A DNA stretch of 61,359 nt, filler included. It is 3 parts of 3 records of this genome, joined end to end, with 100 filler letters (N's around TTAATTAATTAA, not from the genome) between each part and the next. Parts side by side here need not be neighbours in the genome. Positions count along the whole stretch, not along the records: positions 30,124 to 51,479 come from SRR20825019_1016; 2 more parts are not named here. One strand, given 5' to 3'. The notes below the pieces were generated by a model. It had not been told where the DNA came from. It searched no databases and saw nothing but the letters and a program-made list of their open reading frames with translations. The position numbers and the translations under genes are program-made. Below, piece after piece: positions 39,272-49,139 of this stretch. The stretch's first letter is position 1, and each line of letters begins with the position of its first letter.

Positions 39272-41602
39272 ATGAACAGTATCATCAGGCGCATTGCTGA
39301 CGAACTGGGTGTTCGTGAACAGCAGGTGAATGCCACCGTTGAAATGCTGGACGGTGGCGCCACCGTTCCTTTTATTGCCCGTTATCGCAAGGAAGTCACC
39401 GGTTCGCTCGATGACAGCCAGTTACGGTCCCTGGAAGACCGCCTGCGTTATCTGCGAGAGCTGGAAGACCGTCGTTCCACGATCCTCAACAGCATTGAGG
39501 AGCAGGGCAAGCTGACCGATGAACTGCGTGCCAGCATCGATTCGGCGGACACCAAGAACCGCCTCGAAGACCTCTACCTGCCGTATAAGCCCAAGCGCCG
39601 AACCAAAGCGCAGATTGCCCGTGAAGCCGGTCTGGAGCCCCTGGCCGATGCCCTGTATGACGACCCCACGCTGGAGCCAGAGAGCACAGCGGAAGGCTAT
39701 ATCAATGATGAGGCCGGTGTTACCGACACCAAGGCCGCGCTTGATGGTGCCCGCTACATTCTGATGGAACGCTTTGCCGAGGATGCGGAACTCCTGGGTG
39801 AGCTGCGTGACTTTATCTGGCAGCAGGGGCAGCTCAAGGTCACCGTGGTGGACGGCAAGGAAAATGAAGGTGCCAAGTTCCGCGACTACTTCGACCATGT
39901 CGAGCCACTGAAAAAGGTGCCATCCCATCGTGCGCTTGCCATCCTCCGGGGGCGCAATGAAGGCGTGCTTACCTACTCCATTGTGGTTGGCGATGCGGAA
40001 GACGACCGTCGCCAGCCCCATCCGGCGGAACAGCGTATTGCCGCGCGCTGGCATATCCGTGACAACGGCCGTGCGGCCGACCGCTGGTTGTCGGAAGTGG
40101 TGCGCTGGACCTGGCGCGTAAAGCTGTCCACCCAGATCGAAACCGACCTTATGGCCCAGGTGCGGGAAGCGGCAGAAACCGAGGCCATCAATGTGTTTGC
40201 CGCCAACCTCAAGGATCTGCTGTTACTGGCGCCGGCGGGCCCCCGCGCCACACTGGGGCTGGACCCCGGCCTGCGCACCGGTGTGAAGGTTGCCATCATC
40301 GACGGCACCGGCCAGGTGGTGGGGCACGGTGGTATTTTCCCGCACGCGCCCCGCAACCAGTGGGATCAGTCCATTGAACAGTTGGCGAGCTGGTGTCGGC
40401 AGTACCGCATTGAACTGGTGGCCATTGGTAACGGTACGGCCTCCCGCGAAACCGAAAAGCTGGTCGCGGACCTGAGCAAGCGTTACCCGGAGCTGAAGCT
40501 GGCGCGGATTGTGGTCAGCGAATCCGGTGCTTCGATCTATTCCGCCTCTGAATTCGCCTCCCGCGAACTGCCGGACCTGGACGTGACCATTCGCGGGGCG
40601 GTCTCCATCGCCCGCCGATTGCAGGACCCATTGGCGGAAATGGTGAAGATCGAACCCAAGTCCATCGGTGTGGGGCAGTACCAGCACGACGTGTCTCAGG
40701 TGCAGCTGGCCCGCAGCCTGGATGCCGTGGTGGAGGACTGTGTTAACGGTGTTGGTGTGGATCTCAACACCGCATCCATCCCCCTGCTGGCACGGGTGTC
40801 CGGCCTGAACCAGAGTATTGCCCAGAACATCGTCGATTTTCGTAACCAGAATGGCGTGTTTCGTGATCGCAGGCAGTTGCTTAAAGTGTCCCGCCTTGGT
40901 GATCGTACCTTTGAGCAGTCGGCCGGTTTCCTTCGCATTGCGGGGGGCGACAATCCGCTGGACCGCTCGTCGGTGCACCCGGAAGCCTATGGTGTGGTTG
41001 AGGCTATTGCCCGCCAGAACAATCGCAAGATTGAAGGTATCGTCGGCGACGCCGATTTCCTGCGCTCGTTGAACCCGCAGGACTATGTCACCGAACAGTT
41101 TGGTCTGCCGACCATAAAGGATATTATTACGGAATTGGAAAAGCCGGGCCGTGACCCCCGGCCGGAGTTCCGCTTTGCCAGCTTCGAGGAGGGAGTGGAA
41201 ACCCTCAATGACCTGAAGCCGGGCATGGTGCTGGAAGGGTCGGTCACCAACGTGACCAACTTCGGCGCGTTCGTGGACATCGGCGTCCATCAGGATGGCC
41301 TTGTGCATATCTCTGCGTTGTCGAATACCTTCGTTAAAGATCCGAGGGAAGTGGTCAAGGCAGGGGATATCGTCAAGGTGAAAGTGATGGACGTTGATAT
41401 CCCGAGAAAGCGGATTGCGCTTTCCATGCGTATGGATGACCAGCCCGGGGAGAAATCCGACAACCGCGCCGGCTCCAGCAGTAAAGGTGGCAAACCTTCC
41501 GCAAGAAATGACCGCCACAAGGGCGCAGACAGCGGGCAAAAGGGTGCCATGGCCGGAGCGCTGGCACAGGCTCTGGCGTCGGCCCGCAAAGACGGCCGTT
41601 AA
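39272..41602 (+). CDS. tex: Tex transcription accessory protein
   Basis: [27 protein letters not shown]-terminal S1 ([18 protein letters not shown]). Confidence 0.97.
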   Translation: MNSIIRRIADELGVREQQVNATVEMLDGGATVPFIARYRKEVTGSLDDSQLRSLEDRLRYLRELEDRRSTILNSIEEQGKLTDELRASIDSADTKNRLEDLYLPYKPKRRTKAQIAREAGLEPLADALYDDPTLEPESTAEGYINDEAGVTDTKAALDGARYILMERFAEDAELLGELRDFIWQQGQLKVTVVDGKENEGAKFRDYFDHVEPLKKVPSHRALAILRGRNEGVLTYSIVVGDAEDDRRQPHPAEQRIAARWHIRDNGRAADRWLSEVVRWTWRVKLSTQIETDLMAQVREAAETEAINVFAANLKDLLLLAPAGPRATLGLDPGLRTGVKVAIIDGTGQVVGHGGIFPHAPRNQWDQSIEQLASWCRQYRIELVAIGNGTASRETEKLVADLSKRYPELKLARIVVSESGASIYSASEFASRELPDLDVTIRGAVSIARRLQDPLAEMVKIEPKSIGVGQYQHDVSQVQLARSLDAVVEDCVNGVGVDLNTASIPLLARVSGLNQSIAQNIVDFRNQNGVFRDRRQLLKVSRLGDRTFEQSAGFLRIAGGDNPLDRSSVHPEAYGVVEAIARQNNRKIEGIVGDADFLRSLNPQDYVTEQFGLPTIKDIITELEKPGRDPRPEFRFASFEEGVETLNDLKPGMVLEGSVTNVTNFGAFVDIGVHQDGLVHISALSNTFVKDPREVVKAGDIVKVKVMDVDIPRKRIALSMRMDDQPGEKSDNRAGSSSKGGKPSARNDRHKGADSGQKGAMAGALAQALASARKDGR

Positions 41603-41625
41603 CCCGCGCCGCTACACACTACCGT

Positions 41626-41654
41626 AATGGCCGCCGGTGTTCCCGGCGGCCATT
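41626..41654. other. Perfect GC-rich hairpin between tex and gshA
   Basis: AATGGCCGCCGG-TGTTC-CCGGCGGCCATT, with no U-tract. Confidence 0.6.
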
Positions 41655-41670
41655 CAAGCAGGAGTCATTC

Positions 41671-43224
41671 ATGGGTGAATCCCGCCATCAGCTTTTTCAG
41701 CAGTTCACGGCCAACCAATGGGCCGGATTTCGAAAAGGCGTTGAGAAAGAAGGCCTGCGGGTCGATCGCAACGGCTTTATCGCACAGACTCCGCACCCCC
41801 GCTCGCTGGGTTCCACACTGACTCATCCCCGTATCACCACGGATTACTCCGAAGCTTTGTTGGAGCTGATTACCCCGGTGTTCGATACCACGCGAGGGAT
41901 GCTCGATTCGCTCCGGGATACCCATCGCTTCGTTCAGTGCAATCTTGGGGATGAGGTGTTCTGGGCCGCGAGTATGCCGTGTGAGCTGGACGGCGACGCG
42001 AGCATTCCCATTGCCGAGTATGGCACTGCCAATATCGGTCGCCTGAAGCATGTGTATCGCCAGGGGCTGGCCGTGCGTTACGGTCGCATGATGCAAAGCA
42101 TTGCTGGCGCCCACTACAACCTGTCGCTGCCTGACAGTTTCTGGAGGCTTTGGCAGGACGCCCTTGGTAACCAACAAAGCCTGCAGGACTTCAAGTCGGA
42201 CCAGTATTTCTGGCTGATCCGCAATTTCCGTCGTCGCAGCTGGATGCTGATGCTGCTGTTCGGCGCTTCTCCGGCGCTGGATGCCAGCTTTGTGGCGGGT
42301 GTACGTCATGACCTGAGCAGGTTCGGCGATGATACCTGGTATGGCCGCGAGGCCACATCGCTGCGCATGGGCGACCTGGGCTATCACAACAACGCTCAGG
42401 CATCGCTGAATATCTGTTTCAATGAACTGAAGACCTATACCGACACTCTGTTCAGGGCGATTCATACCCCGTGGCCAGCTTACGAAAAGATGGGAACCCG
42501 GCGCGACGGCGAATTCATCCAGATCAACACCAGCGTGCTGCAGATTGAGAACGAGTACTACAGCGCCGTGCGGCCAAAGCGCACCACCGAGCGTGGGGAA
42601 AAGCCGATACAAGCCCTGGAGTCACGGGGCGTGGAGTACATTGAGGTGCGTTGCCTGGACCTGGATCCGTTCTCCCCGGTTGGCGTTAACGAAAGCCAGA
42701 TCGATTTTCTTGACCTGTTCCTGCTGGATTGCCTGCTGTCAGACAGCCCCCGAATTGACGATGACGAATGCGATCGCCTGGATGACAATTACCAGGATGT
42801 GGTGGCTAGGGGCCGGAATCCGGACCTGACGATCTGTCGCTCCGGTGAACGCGGCCGGGTCGGTGACGCTGCCATTGCCCTGATGGACCGTCTTGCCCCC
42901 CTTGCAGAACAGTTGGACAGCTTGAACGGAGATTCCACCTATCGGCGAGCGCTGGATGACCAGCGTGCCAAGCTCGACGATCCGCGTGAGTTACCTTCAG
43001 CGAAGGTGCTTGAAGCCATGGAGGCTTCCGGCATGGGTCATCGGGAATGGGGGCTGGAAATGTCCAGGCAGCACCAGCAAACGCTGCGAGGGGAAGGGCT
43101 GTCGCCGGATGTGATGGCGGCGTTTGACAAAATGACCGCTGATTCGCTTTCCGAGCAGGATGAAATGGAGCAAGCCGAAAACCAGCCATTCGGAGAATTC
43201 CTGGAGCAATACCTGCAATCCTGA
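41671..43224 (+). CDS. gshA: Glutamate--cysteine ligase
   Basis: GVEKEGLR, ITTDYSE, MMQSIAGAHYN, ATSLRMGDLGY, QIENEYY, YIEVRCLD. Confidence 0.96.
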   Translation: MGESRHQLFQQFTANQWAGFRKGVEKEGLRVDRNGFIAQTPHPRSLGSTLTHPRITTDYSEALLELITPVFDTTRGMLDSLRDTHRFVQCNLGDEVFWAASMPCELDGDASIPIAEYGTANIGRLKHVYRQGLAVRYGRMMQSIAGAHYNLSLPDSFWRLWQDALGNQQSLQDFKSDQYFWLIRNFRRRSWMLMLLFGASPALDASFVAGVRHDLSRFGDDTWYGREATSLRMGDLGYHNNAQASLNICFNELKTYTDTLFRAIHTPWPAYEKMGTRRDGEFIQINTSVLQIENEYYSAVRPKRTTERGEKPIQALESRGVEYIEVRCLDLDPFSPVGVNESQIDFLDLFLLDCLLSDSPRIDDDECDRLDDNYQDVVARGRNPDLTICRSGERGRVGDAAIALMDRLAPLAEQLDSLNGDSTYRRALDDQRAKLDDPRELPSAKVLEAMEASGMGHREWGLEMSRQHQQTLRGEGLSPDVMAAFDKMTADSLSEQDEMEQAENQPFGEFLEQYLQS

Positions 43225-43377
43225 ACCGGGAGTGCCCCTCCCGGTCGGGCGTCACACTCTCCCCGGACCTGTCGCACAGAAACGTAATTAACGTTTGTCA
43301 GCTTCGGTTAGCGCTGTTAATTTCTGTAAGCAGAGTGACAGCATCTGATGGTGGCTACAGGTAAAGGGAGAACCGGT

Positions 43378-43590
43378 ATGGCCAGAGACATCAAGTTAGG
43401 GTGGGATGTTGAGTCCCTGAATAAAGCCTATCGCCAGGGCTATATGGCCGCCTCTATGGGCATGGAACGCAGCCGCTGTCCCTATCGCGGAGAAGTTGTT
43501 GTTGCCGCCTGGGAAGCAGGATGGGAAGACGCTGAACAGGTTACCAATGAGGCGCGGCCGGTCGACGACCTGTTCTCCCGCATCGCCTGA
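43378..43590 (+). CDS. rmf: Ribosome modulation factor-like protein
   Basis: AYRQGYMAA…CPY…WEAGW pattern; GGGAG RBS before ATG 43378. Confidence 0.85.
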   Translation: MARDIKLGWDVESLNKAYRQGYMAASMGMERSRCPYRGEVVVAAWEAGWEDAEQVTNEARPVDDLFSRIA

Positions 43591-43626
43591 TACCTGTGCT
43601 TGCCGCCTGCTCACCCGGCCGTTGTA

Positions 43627-44079
43627 TTACTTCTGTACAACGAACTCCGTAAACAGCACACCGGTAATGCTCTCACCGGTCTGTTGCTCTTCCAGGGCCG
43701 TGTTTATTCTCTTCGTGGCCTCTTCACGCAGCGACTGCTGTCCCTCTGTCGAGGACAGCTGTTCCGCGTCAGTCTGCTCCCCGAACAGCATCACCAGCTC
43801 ATGACGTAGCCTGGGCATGTGTGCCTCCACCGCCGGACGGGTGGTTTCCTTCGACGCCCTGATGGTAACCGCTGCCTTGAGATAGGTCAGTTTGGTGCCC
43901 GGGTCCCCCACGTGGGTGACAAAGGGCGGATCCATTTCGATGTAGTCCGTGATGGCTGGTTCCTTTTCCTGCTCTTCCTGTGTCTCGTCTCCCCCTTCTT
44001 CCTCTTGGGCAAAGGCGGTTGGAGCCAGGGGAAAGGCAAAAAACAGGGCCAGCAGAAGGTACTTTGGCTTAAGTGTCAT
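43627..44079 (-). CDS. fliL: FliL-family protein
   Basis: PFVTHV, HMPRLRHEL, C-terminal VLFTEFVVQ. Confidence 0.88.
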   Translation of the reverse strand: MTLKPKYLLLALFFAFPLAPTAFAQEEEGGDETQEEQEKEPAITDYIEMDPPFVTHVGDPGTKLTYLKAAVTIRASKETTRPAVEAHMPRLRHELVMLFGEQTDAEQLSSTEGQQSLREEATKRINTALEEQQTGESITGVLFTEFVVQK

Positions 44080-44240
44080 AGGCTTGAAGTTCGTATTGGT
44101 TTAAGGTTAAGTGGCTGGGCGCACGCAGCCGCCACCTGATGCTGGGAGAATAGCAGGCTCGATGCGCGGTTGCAGCATCCGATGCTTTACCGCCCAAGGC
44201 GGGCGACAGACTGACCTGAACGTTAACCCGAGGTACCCCT

Positions 44241-44747
44241 TTGAACTCCAGAGCCGTTTTCTTTCTGATATTCCTGCTGTGCGCCGGGCTGCTTGGCGTG
44301 GCCTTCTACATGGAGCACGTTATGGGGTTGGAGCCCTGTCCTCTGTGTTGGCTGCAGCGATTCGGTTTTATGGCCGCTGGCATCGTCAGCCTCCTGGCAG
44401 CGCTCCATGGCCCCCATGGGTTCGGTGCAAGGGTCTATGGGTTATTGTTGTCTGTCAGCGCCGGTGCTGGCCTGGCGATGGCGGGCCGACAACTGTGGCT
44501 TCAAAGCCTGCCGGCGGATCAGGTGCCGGCCTGCGGGCCATCGGTGGATTACATGCTGGATGTGTTGCCCTGGATGGAGGTGTTGACCACGGCGCTGAAA
44601 GGCACGGGCGATTGCGCCGAAGTGACCTGGCGTTTCCTGGGGCTCAGTATTCCTGGCTGGACGGCCATCTTTTTCTTGTTGCTGGTGATTGTCGGCCTGG
44701 TGATGCTGTTCCGGCCCCCAAGAAAGCCGGAATGGATACAGGGATGA
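44241..44747 (+). CDS. dsbB: Disulfide bond formation protein DsbB
   Basis: PCPLCWLQR, ACGP, GDCAE, four TM helices; TTG start after GAGG. Confidence 0.94.
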   Translation: MNSRAVFFLIFLLCAGLLGVAFYMEHVMGLEPCPLCWLQRFGFMAAGIVSLLAALHGPHGFGARVYGLLLSVSAGAGLAMAGRQLWLQSLPADQVPACGPSVDYMLDVLPWMEVLTTALKGTGDCAEVTWRFLGLSIPGWTAIFFLLLVIVGLVMLFRPPRKPEWIQG

Positions 44748-44778
44748 AACGGTTGCGACCGACCGCTGGCATGGGGTA

Positions 44779-44810
44779 ACTTGAGTTTCGATACACTTGA
44801 GTTTCGATAC
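44779..44810. repeat. Perfect 16-bp tandem direct repeat
   Basis: ACTTGAGTTTCGATAC x2 upstream of rsd. Confidence 0.9.
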
Positions 44811-44852
44811 AACAGAAATCAAACCAGAACGCGGTAACCGGAGATAGGCGTC

Positions 44853-45335
44853 ATGTTGGATAATTGCCGTAATGCCAGGGAGCGTTGGGGTGGCGTCAGC
44901 GAGCTGATTGATCGCTGGCTGAAAGAAAGGCAGGAACTGCTGGTACACTACTGCGATTTGTCCGGTACGACGGACTATTCCCAGACAGAGGCGCTGCGCA
45001 CGAAATTTATCAAGCTGTGTGAGGTGCTGGTGGATTACGTGTCGGCAGGGCACTTCGAAATTTACGAGCAATTGGTTCAGGAAGCCCGTGAATTTAACGA
45101 CGGTGGACTGGAGCTGGCGGCAAAGCTGTACCCGAAAATTGAGCAGACCACGGAAACGGCACTCAATTTCAACGATCGCCTTAACGGGCAGTCGCTGACG
45201 GAGAGCGAAGTTCGCGATTTGTTCCAGCAGCTATCAGAGCTCGGTGAAACTCTGGAAAGCCGGTTTGAGATGGAAGATTTCCTGATTGAGCATCTGCACA
45301 ATGCCCATGCTGACAAGGTAATGTCGTCGGCTTGA
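44853..45335 (+). CDS. rsd: Anti-sigma70 regulator Rsd/AlgQ
   Basis: WGGVSELIDRWLKERQELLV, LVDYVSAGHFEIY, RFEMED. Confidence 0.95.
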   Translation: MLDNCRNARERWGGVSELIDRWLKERQELLVHYCDLSGTTDYSQTEALRTKFIKLCEVLVDYVSAGHFEIYEQLVQEAREFNDGGLELAAKLYPKIEQTTETALNFNDRLNGQSLTESEVRDLFQQLSELGETLESRFEMEDFLIEHLHNAHADKVMSSA

Positions 45336-45408
45336 GGTGACGGCTTGAAACCTCCCCCCGATTCCAAAAGGAAATGGGGGGAGTGGCCGTTGTTGCCAAG
45401 CGGCTTAT

Positions 45409-46119
45409 TTATTCCGGATTGATTTCCAGAAGTTCCACGTCGAAGACCAGGGTCTCGTTGGGCCCGATCCGCTGGTTTCCTCCAGGCCCATAAGCCAGTT
45501 CCGAAGGAATGTAGAGTTTCGCCCTGCTGCCTTCAGACATCAGTTGCAGTCCTTCGGTCCAGCCCGGTATGACCTGATTCAGTCCAAAGGTGACCGGCTC
45601 GCCGCGCTCGCGGGAGCTGTCGAACACTTCGCCTGAGATCAACTCGCCGGTGTAGTGCACCTGCACGCGGTCTTCGGCCGTCGGCTTTTCACCATCGCCT
45701 TCTTCCAGGATTTCATATTGCAGGCCGGATTCCGTGGTTTTGACGCCGTCGCGTTTGGCGTTCTCCGCGAGGAACTGTTCCCCGGCTTCCTGATTTTTCT
45801 TCGCCAGTTCTTCCGCCTGGGCCGACTCCTGCTCCTGGAGCTGAGTCTGGTAGGCCATCAGGGCTTCCTGGATTTCCTCACGGCTCATTCGCGTCTGTTC
45901 TTCATCGCCGTCGTGGCCGTGCTGAATGCCTTGGAGGAATTGCTCCATCTTAAGGTTCGGCAGGTCGTTGCTCATTCTCTGGCCCATGACCAGGCCCATG
46001 CCGTAGCTGACTTTCTCATCCGTGGATTCCAGCGCCGGATCTTCCGGAACCGCTTCCTGGGAAGAAGAACAGCCTGCCATGACACCGGCCACAGACAGTG
46101 CGATCAGGGTTTTTCTCAT
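45409..46119 (-). CDS. FKBP-type peptidyl-prolyl isomerase (Mip/FkpA-like lipoprotein)
   Basis: Lipobox MAGC, SGLQY, VHYTG, FDSS, VIPGWTEGL, LAYG; start MRKTL at 46119. Confidence 0.94.
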   Translation of the reverse strand: MRKTLIALSVAGVMAGCSSSQEAVPEDPALESTDEKVSYGMGLVMGQRMSNDLPNLKMEQFLQGIQHGHDGDEEQTRMSREEIQEALMAYQTQLQEQESAQAEELAKKNQEAGEQFLAENAKRDGVKTTESGLQYEILEEGDGEKPTAEDRVQVHYTGELISGEVFDSSRERGEPVTFGLNQVIPGWTEGLQLMSEGSRAKLYIPSELAYGPGGNQRIGPNETLVFDVELLEINPE

Positions 46120-46224
46120 TACATCGTCCTTAGTTAAGCTTGCGTTGAATGATCGGGAACGCACAAAAGGTAACGGGTTCTGTCGCCAGATGCCACTGAA
46201 CATGTGTTAAGGAAGGGAGTAATC

Positions 46225-46611
46225 TCAACTACCGTTATTGGCAGTGTCAGGGCCGAGCGAAAAAGGTGCGCGGTAGGGCGATTGCCAATCGGTTTCCGAG
46301 TCGGACACGGGCGGGCGTACGCTCTTGCTTTCAGATCGCTCTATTGCCAGCGCGTTCCAGGGCCCTTGCGCAGGTGGCTTGTCAGCGTAGTGCCAGCTGC
46401 CGTCGCTATCCTTCCACTTGAAGACGATGTCGGGCCCTTCAGTTGGAACCGGTGAGGGAACCAGGCCCTCAAACGCGGGAATTTCGGCGTTGGTTTCGGC
46501 CTTTGCGGGTTTGCTGGTGGTTTCGGCGGGGTCATTCAGGCCGAAAAACATCAGTGCCACCAGGACGCCGAGAGCGGGAAACGCCAGCCGGATTAGCCAT
46601 TTCATCAACAT
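46225..46611 (-). CDS. DUF4124-domain protein
   Basis: N-terminal TM helix; VFKWKDSDGSWHYADKPP motif. Confidence 0.8.
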   Translation of the reverse strand: MLMKWLIRLAFPALGVLVALMFFGLNDPAETTSKPAKAETNAEIPAFEGLVPSPVPTEGPDIVFKWKDSDGSWHYADKPPAQGPWNALAIERSESKSVRPPVSDSETDWQSPYRAPFSLGPDTANNGS

Positions 46612-47135
46612 GGCTTGTTATCTCCTTCAACGAGGGTCGACAGTTCTCTGGTCAAAATGTCCAGCAAGCTGCCGGTCTCGTTATCCATTGTCTTCTCTGG
46701 TGCTGCGGCGAGCAAGTTGCTGAGGGCCAGATTGGCCATTGTTGCCTCACCGCTGCCTGTATGTTTGTTTGAAACCAGAGCCTGATAGGCCAAGGCCAAC
46801 TCCACCCGTTCCGCTTCAAGTTCGCTACGGGCGATGCACTCTCTTACAATAGCAGTGCCGGGGTCATTCTTCGTAATGGTTTTCTTCGCTGATCGAAGCG
46901 GCTCCGTGACTTGGCGCCGCCATGCGGTTACCTGCGCGCTCTCAGTGCCCGGAAGCACGTTGCCTGAGGTGGTCAGCCACGCTGCGCAGAGAATCCGGGT
47001 AACGCTCCAGCCTCGGTCCTGCAGGCCGAGGCACGCATCCCGTGCTGCAGAGGACTCCCAGAAACGGCAGGCAAACCGCCACAATGGGTTTTCCGGATCT
47101 GCATCCTCAGGTATCTTGCTACCGCTACACGCCAT
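46605..47135 (-). CDS. TIGR02444/DUF2390 family protein
   Basis: LWRFA…CLGLQD…WRRQVTEPLR…ELEAERVE; divergent from the ABC-F gene. Confidence 0.82.
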   Translation of the reverse strand: MACSGSKIPEDADPENPLWRFACRFWESSAARDACLGLQDRGWSVTRILCAAWLTTSGNVLPGTESAQVTAWRRQVTEPLRSAKKTITKNDPGTAIVRECIARSELEAERVELALAYQALVSNKHTGSGEATMANLALSNLLAAAPEKTMDNETGSLLDILTRELSTLVEGDNKPC

Positions 47136-47183
47136 AGGGGCCAGGCCGGTTCCTTATCAAACGTTCCTTGATACCATTACGTT

Positions 47184-49139
47184 ATGCTTACGATAACCGA
47201 TCTCAGTTTACAACGAGGTGGCGTCTGGTTGCTAGAAGCCGTCAACCTGACCATCCAGCCCGGCCAACGGGTAGCGATAGTGGGTGCCAATGGCGCTGGC
47301 AAGTCCAGTTTGTTCCAGTTATTGCTGGGGCAGCTGGCGCCGGAGCAGGGCAGTGCGTCTTTGCCCGGAGGGTGCCGAATCGCTCACATGGCTCAGGAAG
47401 TGGCCGCCTCGTCCCGCACGGCCCGGGATTTTGTGCTGGATGGCGACTATGATCTGCGACGCATGGAGTCAGAGTTGGCTGACGCCGAAGAGCGGGGTGA
47501 CGATCACCGCATTGCCCGTATTCATGGCGAGCTCGACATCCATGAAGCCTGGTCTGCGCCTCGCCGCGCGGAAGCGTTGCTGAGAGGTTTGGGGTTTTCG
47601 GATGCCGACGCTGATCGGCCAGTGTCTTCGTTTTCCGGCGGCTGGCGGATACGCCTCAACCTGGCCCAGGCGTTGATGCGCCCGTCCGACCTGTTGTTGT
47701 TGGACGAGCCCACCAACCACCTGGACCTGGACGCCTGTCTTTGGCTTGAGAACTGGCTGCGGCGGTACGAGGGCACCCTGCTGTTCATTTCCCACGACCG
47801 GGACTTCATGGACCGTGTGGCGACTCACCTGGTGCATTTCGACCAGCGGCGGCTGGACCTGTATACGGGTAATTACTCATCATTTGAGACCCAGCGCAGT
47901 GAGCGCATTGCCCAGCAGCAGGCCGGGTATGAGCGCCAGCAGGCAAGAATTGCCGAGATCCAGCGTTTCATCGATCGTTTTAAAGCAAAAGCCACCAAAG
48001 CCCGCCAGGCCCAGAGCCGGGTCAAAGCGCTGGAGCGCATGGAAAAGATTGCTCCGGCCCATGTGGATTCCCCGTTCAGTTTCGAGTTTCCGGTAGCCGA
48101 TAAAGTGTCCAATCCGCTGATGTCGATTCGTAACGGCGCGGCGGGTTATGGCGACGCCGTTGTACTCGAAGGCATCAACTTGTCACTGCTGCCGGGCAGT
48201 CGTATTGGTCTCTTGGGCCCCAATGGTGCGGGCAAGTCCACGTTGATGGATGCCCTGCGGGGGCAAAGCACCCTGTTGCGGGGGGAGCGGACCACGGGAG
48301 AACATGTGGAGATCGGTTATTTTGCCCAGCATCAGTTGGAGTCGCTGGACCTGGACGCAAGCCCGTTCCTGCACCTGCAGCGGCTGGCCCCGAAAGCCTC
48401 CGAGCAAAGTGTCCGTAATTTTTTGGGAGGCTTTGACTTCCACGGCGACGAGGCCTTGAGTGCTATTCGTTCATTCTCCGGTGGTGAAAAGGCCCGTGTG
48501 GCGCTGGCGGTGATTGCCTGGCAAAAGCCCAACCTGTTGCTGCTGGACGAGCCCACCAACCACCTAGACCTGGAGATGCGTCAAGCCCTGACCATGGCGC
48601 TGCAAAACTTTGAGGGGGCGATTGTGGTGGTTTCCCATGATCGTCACCTGCTGCGTAACACGGTTGATGACTTCTGGCTGGTGAACGAGGGTCGGGTTAC
48701 GGAATACGAAGGCGACCTGGAAGACTATGAGCGCTGGCTGGCGGACCGTCGCAAGGACGAAACCGAAGCTCCACGCCGGGAAAGTAGTGAGGCCCAGGCC
48801 GCAGGCGGTAACGCATTGGCTGCGGATAGTGGTGCGGGTGAGAACGCCGAAGATCGCAAGGCCCGCAAGCGGGCGGAGGCGGCCATTCGCCAGAAACTTA
48901 GCCCCTATCGCAAGCAACAGGGGGCTCTGGAGAAAGAGATGGATCAGCTCCAGTCCACGTTGGTGACACTGGAGCAGAGCCTTTCAGAGCCGGAGCTCTA
49001 TGCCGATCAGGGTAAGCAGAAGCTAAAGGAGCTTTTGGGTCAACAGGCCGCAGCAAAGAGTCGTCTGGCAGAGGTAGAAGCCGAATGGCTTGAAATCAGC
49101 GAAACGGTCGAGAGCCTTGAGGCAGAGCTAACGCCCTAG
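47184..49139 (+). CDS. yheS: ABC-F ATPase (YheS-like)
   Basis: Two ABC domains (GANGAGKS, GPNGAGKS), two LLDEPTNHLD, FKAKATKARQAQSR linker, no TM helices. Confidence 0.92.
   Translation: MLTITDLSLQRGGVWLLEAVNLTIQPGQRVAIVGANGAGKSSLFQLLLGQLAPEQGSASLPGGCRIAHMAQEVAASSRTARDFVLDGDYDLRRMESELADAEERGDDHRIARIHGELDIHEAWSAPRRAEALLRGLGFSDADADRPVSSFSGGWRIRLNLAQALMRPSDLLLLDEPTNHLDLDACLWLENWLRRYEGTLLFISHDRDFMDRVATHLVHFDQRRLDLYTGNYSSFETQRSERIAQQQAGYERQQARIAEIQRFIDRFKAKATKARQAQSRVKALERMEKIAPAHVDSPFSFEFPVADKVSNPLMSIRNGAAGYGDAVVLEGINLSLLPGSRIGLLGPNGAGKSTLMDALRGQSTLLRGERTTGEHVEIGYFAQHQLESLDLDASPFLHLQRLAPKASEQSVRNFLGGFDFHGDEALSAIRSFSGGEKARVALAVIAWQKPNLLLLDEPTNHLDLEMRQALTMALQNFEGAIVVVSHDRHLLRNTVDDFWLVNEGRVTEYEGDLEDYERWLADRRKDETEAPRRESSEAQAAGGNALAADSGAGENAEDRKARKRAEAAIRQKLSPYRKQQGALEKEMDQLQSTLVTLEQSLSEPELYADQGKQKLKELLGQQAAAKSRLAEVEAEWLEISETVESLEAELTP

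Noticed and set aside
40223-42612. Long antisense ORFs (438 aa opposite tex, 315 aa opposite gshA; also 36421-37404 opposite rep)
   Set aside because: Shadow ORFs expected from GC-rich codon bias; no motifs, and they fully overlap conserved genes
43325-43340. CRP-like box TGTAA-N6-TGACA upstream of rmf
   Set aside because: Mismatch in each half-site and close to the start codon; could be chance
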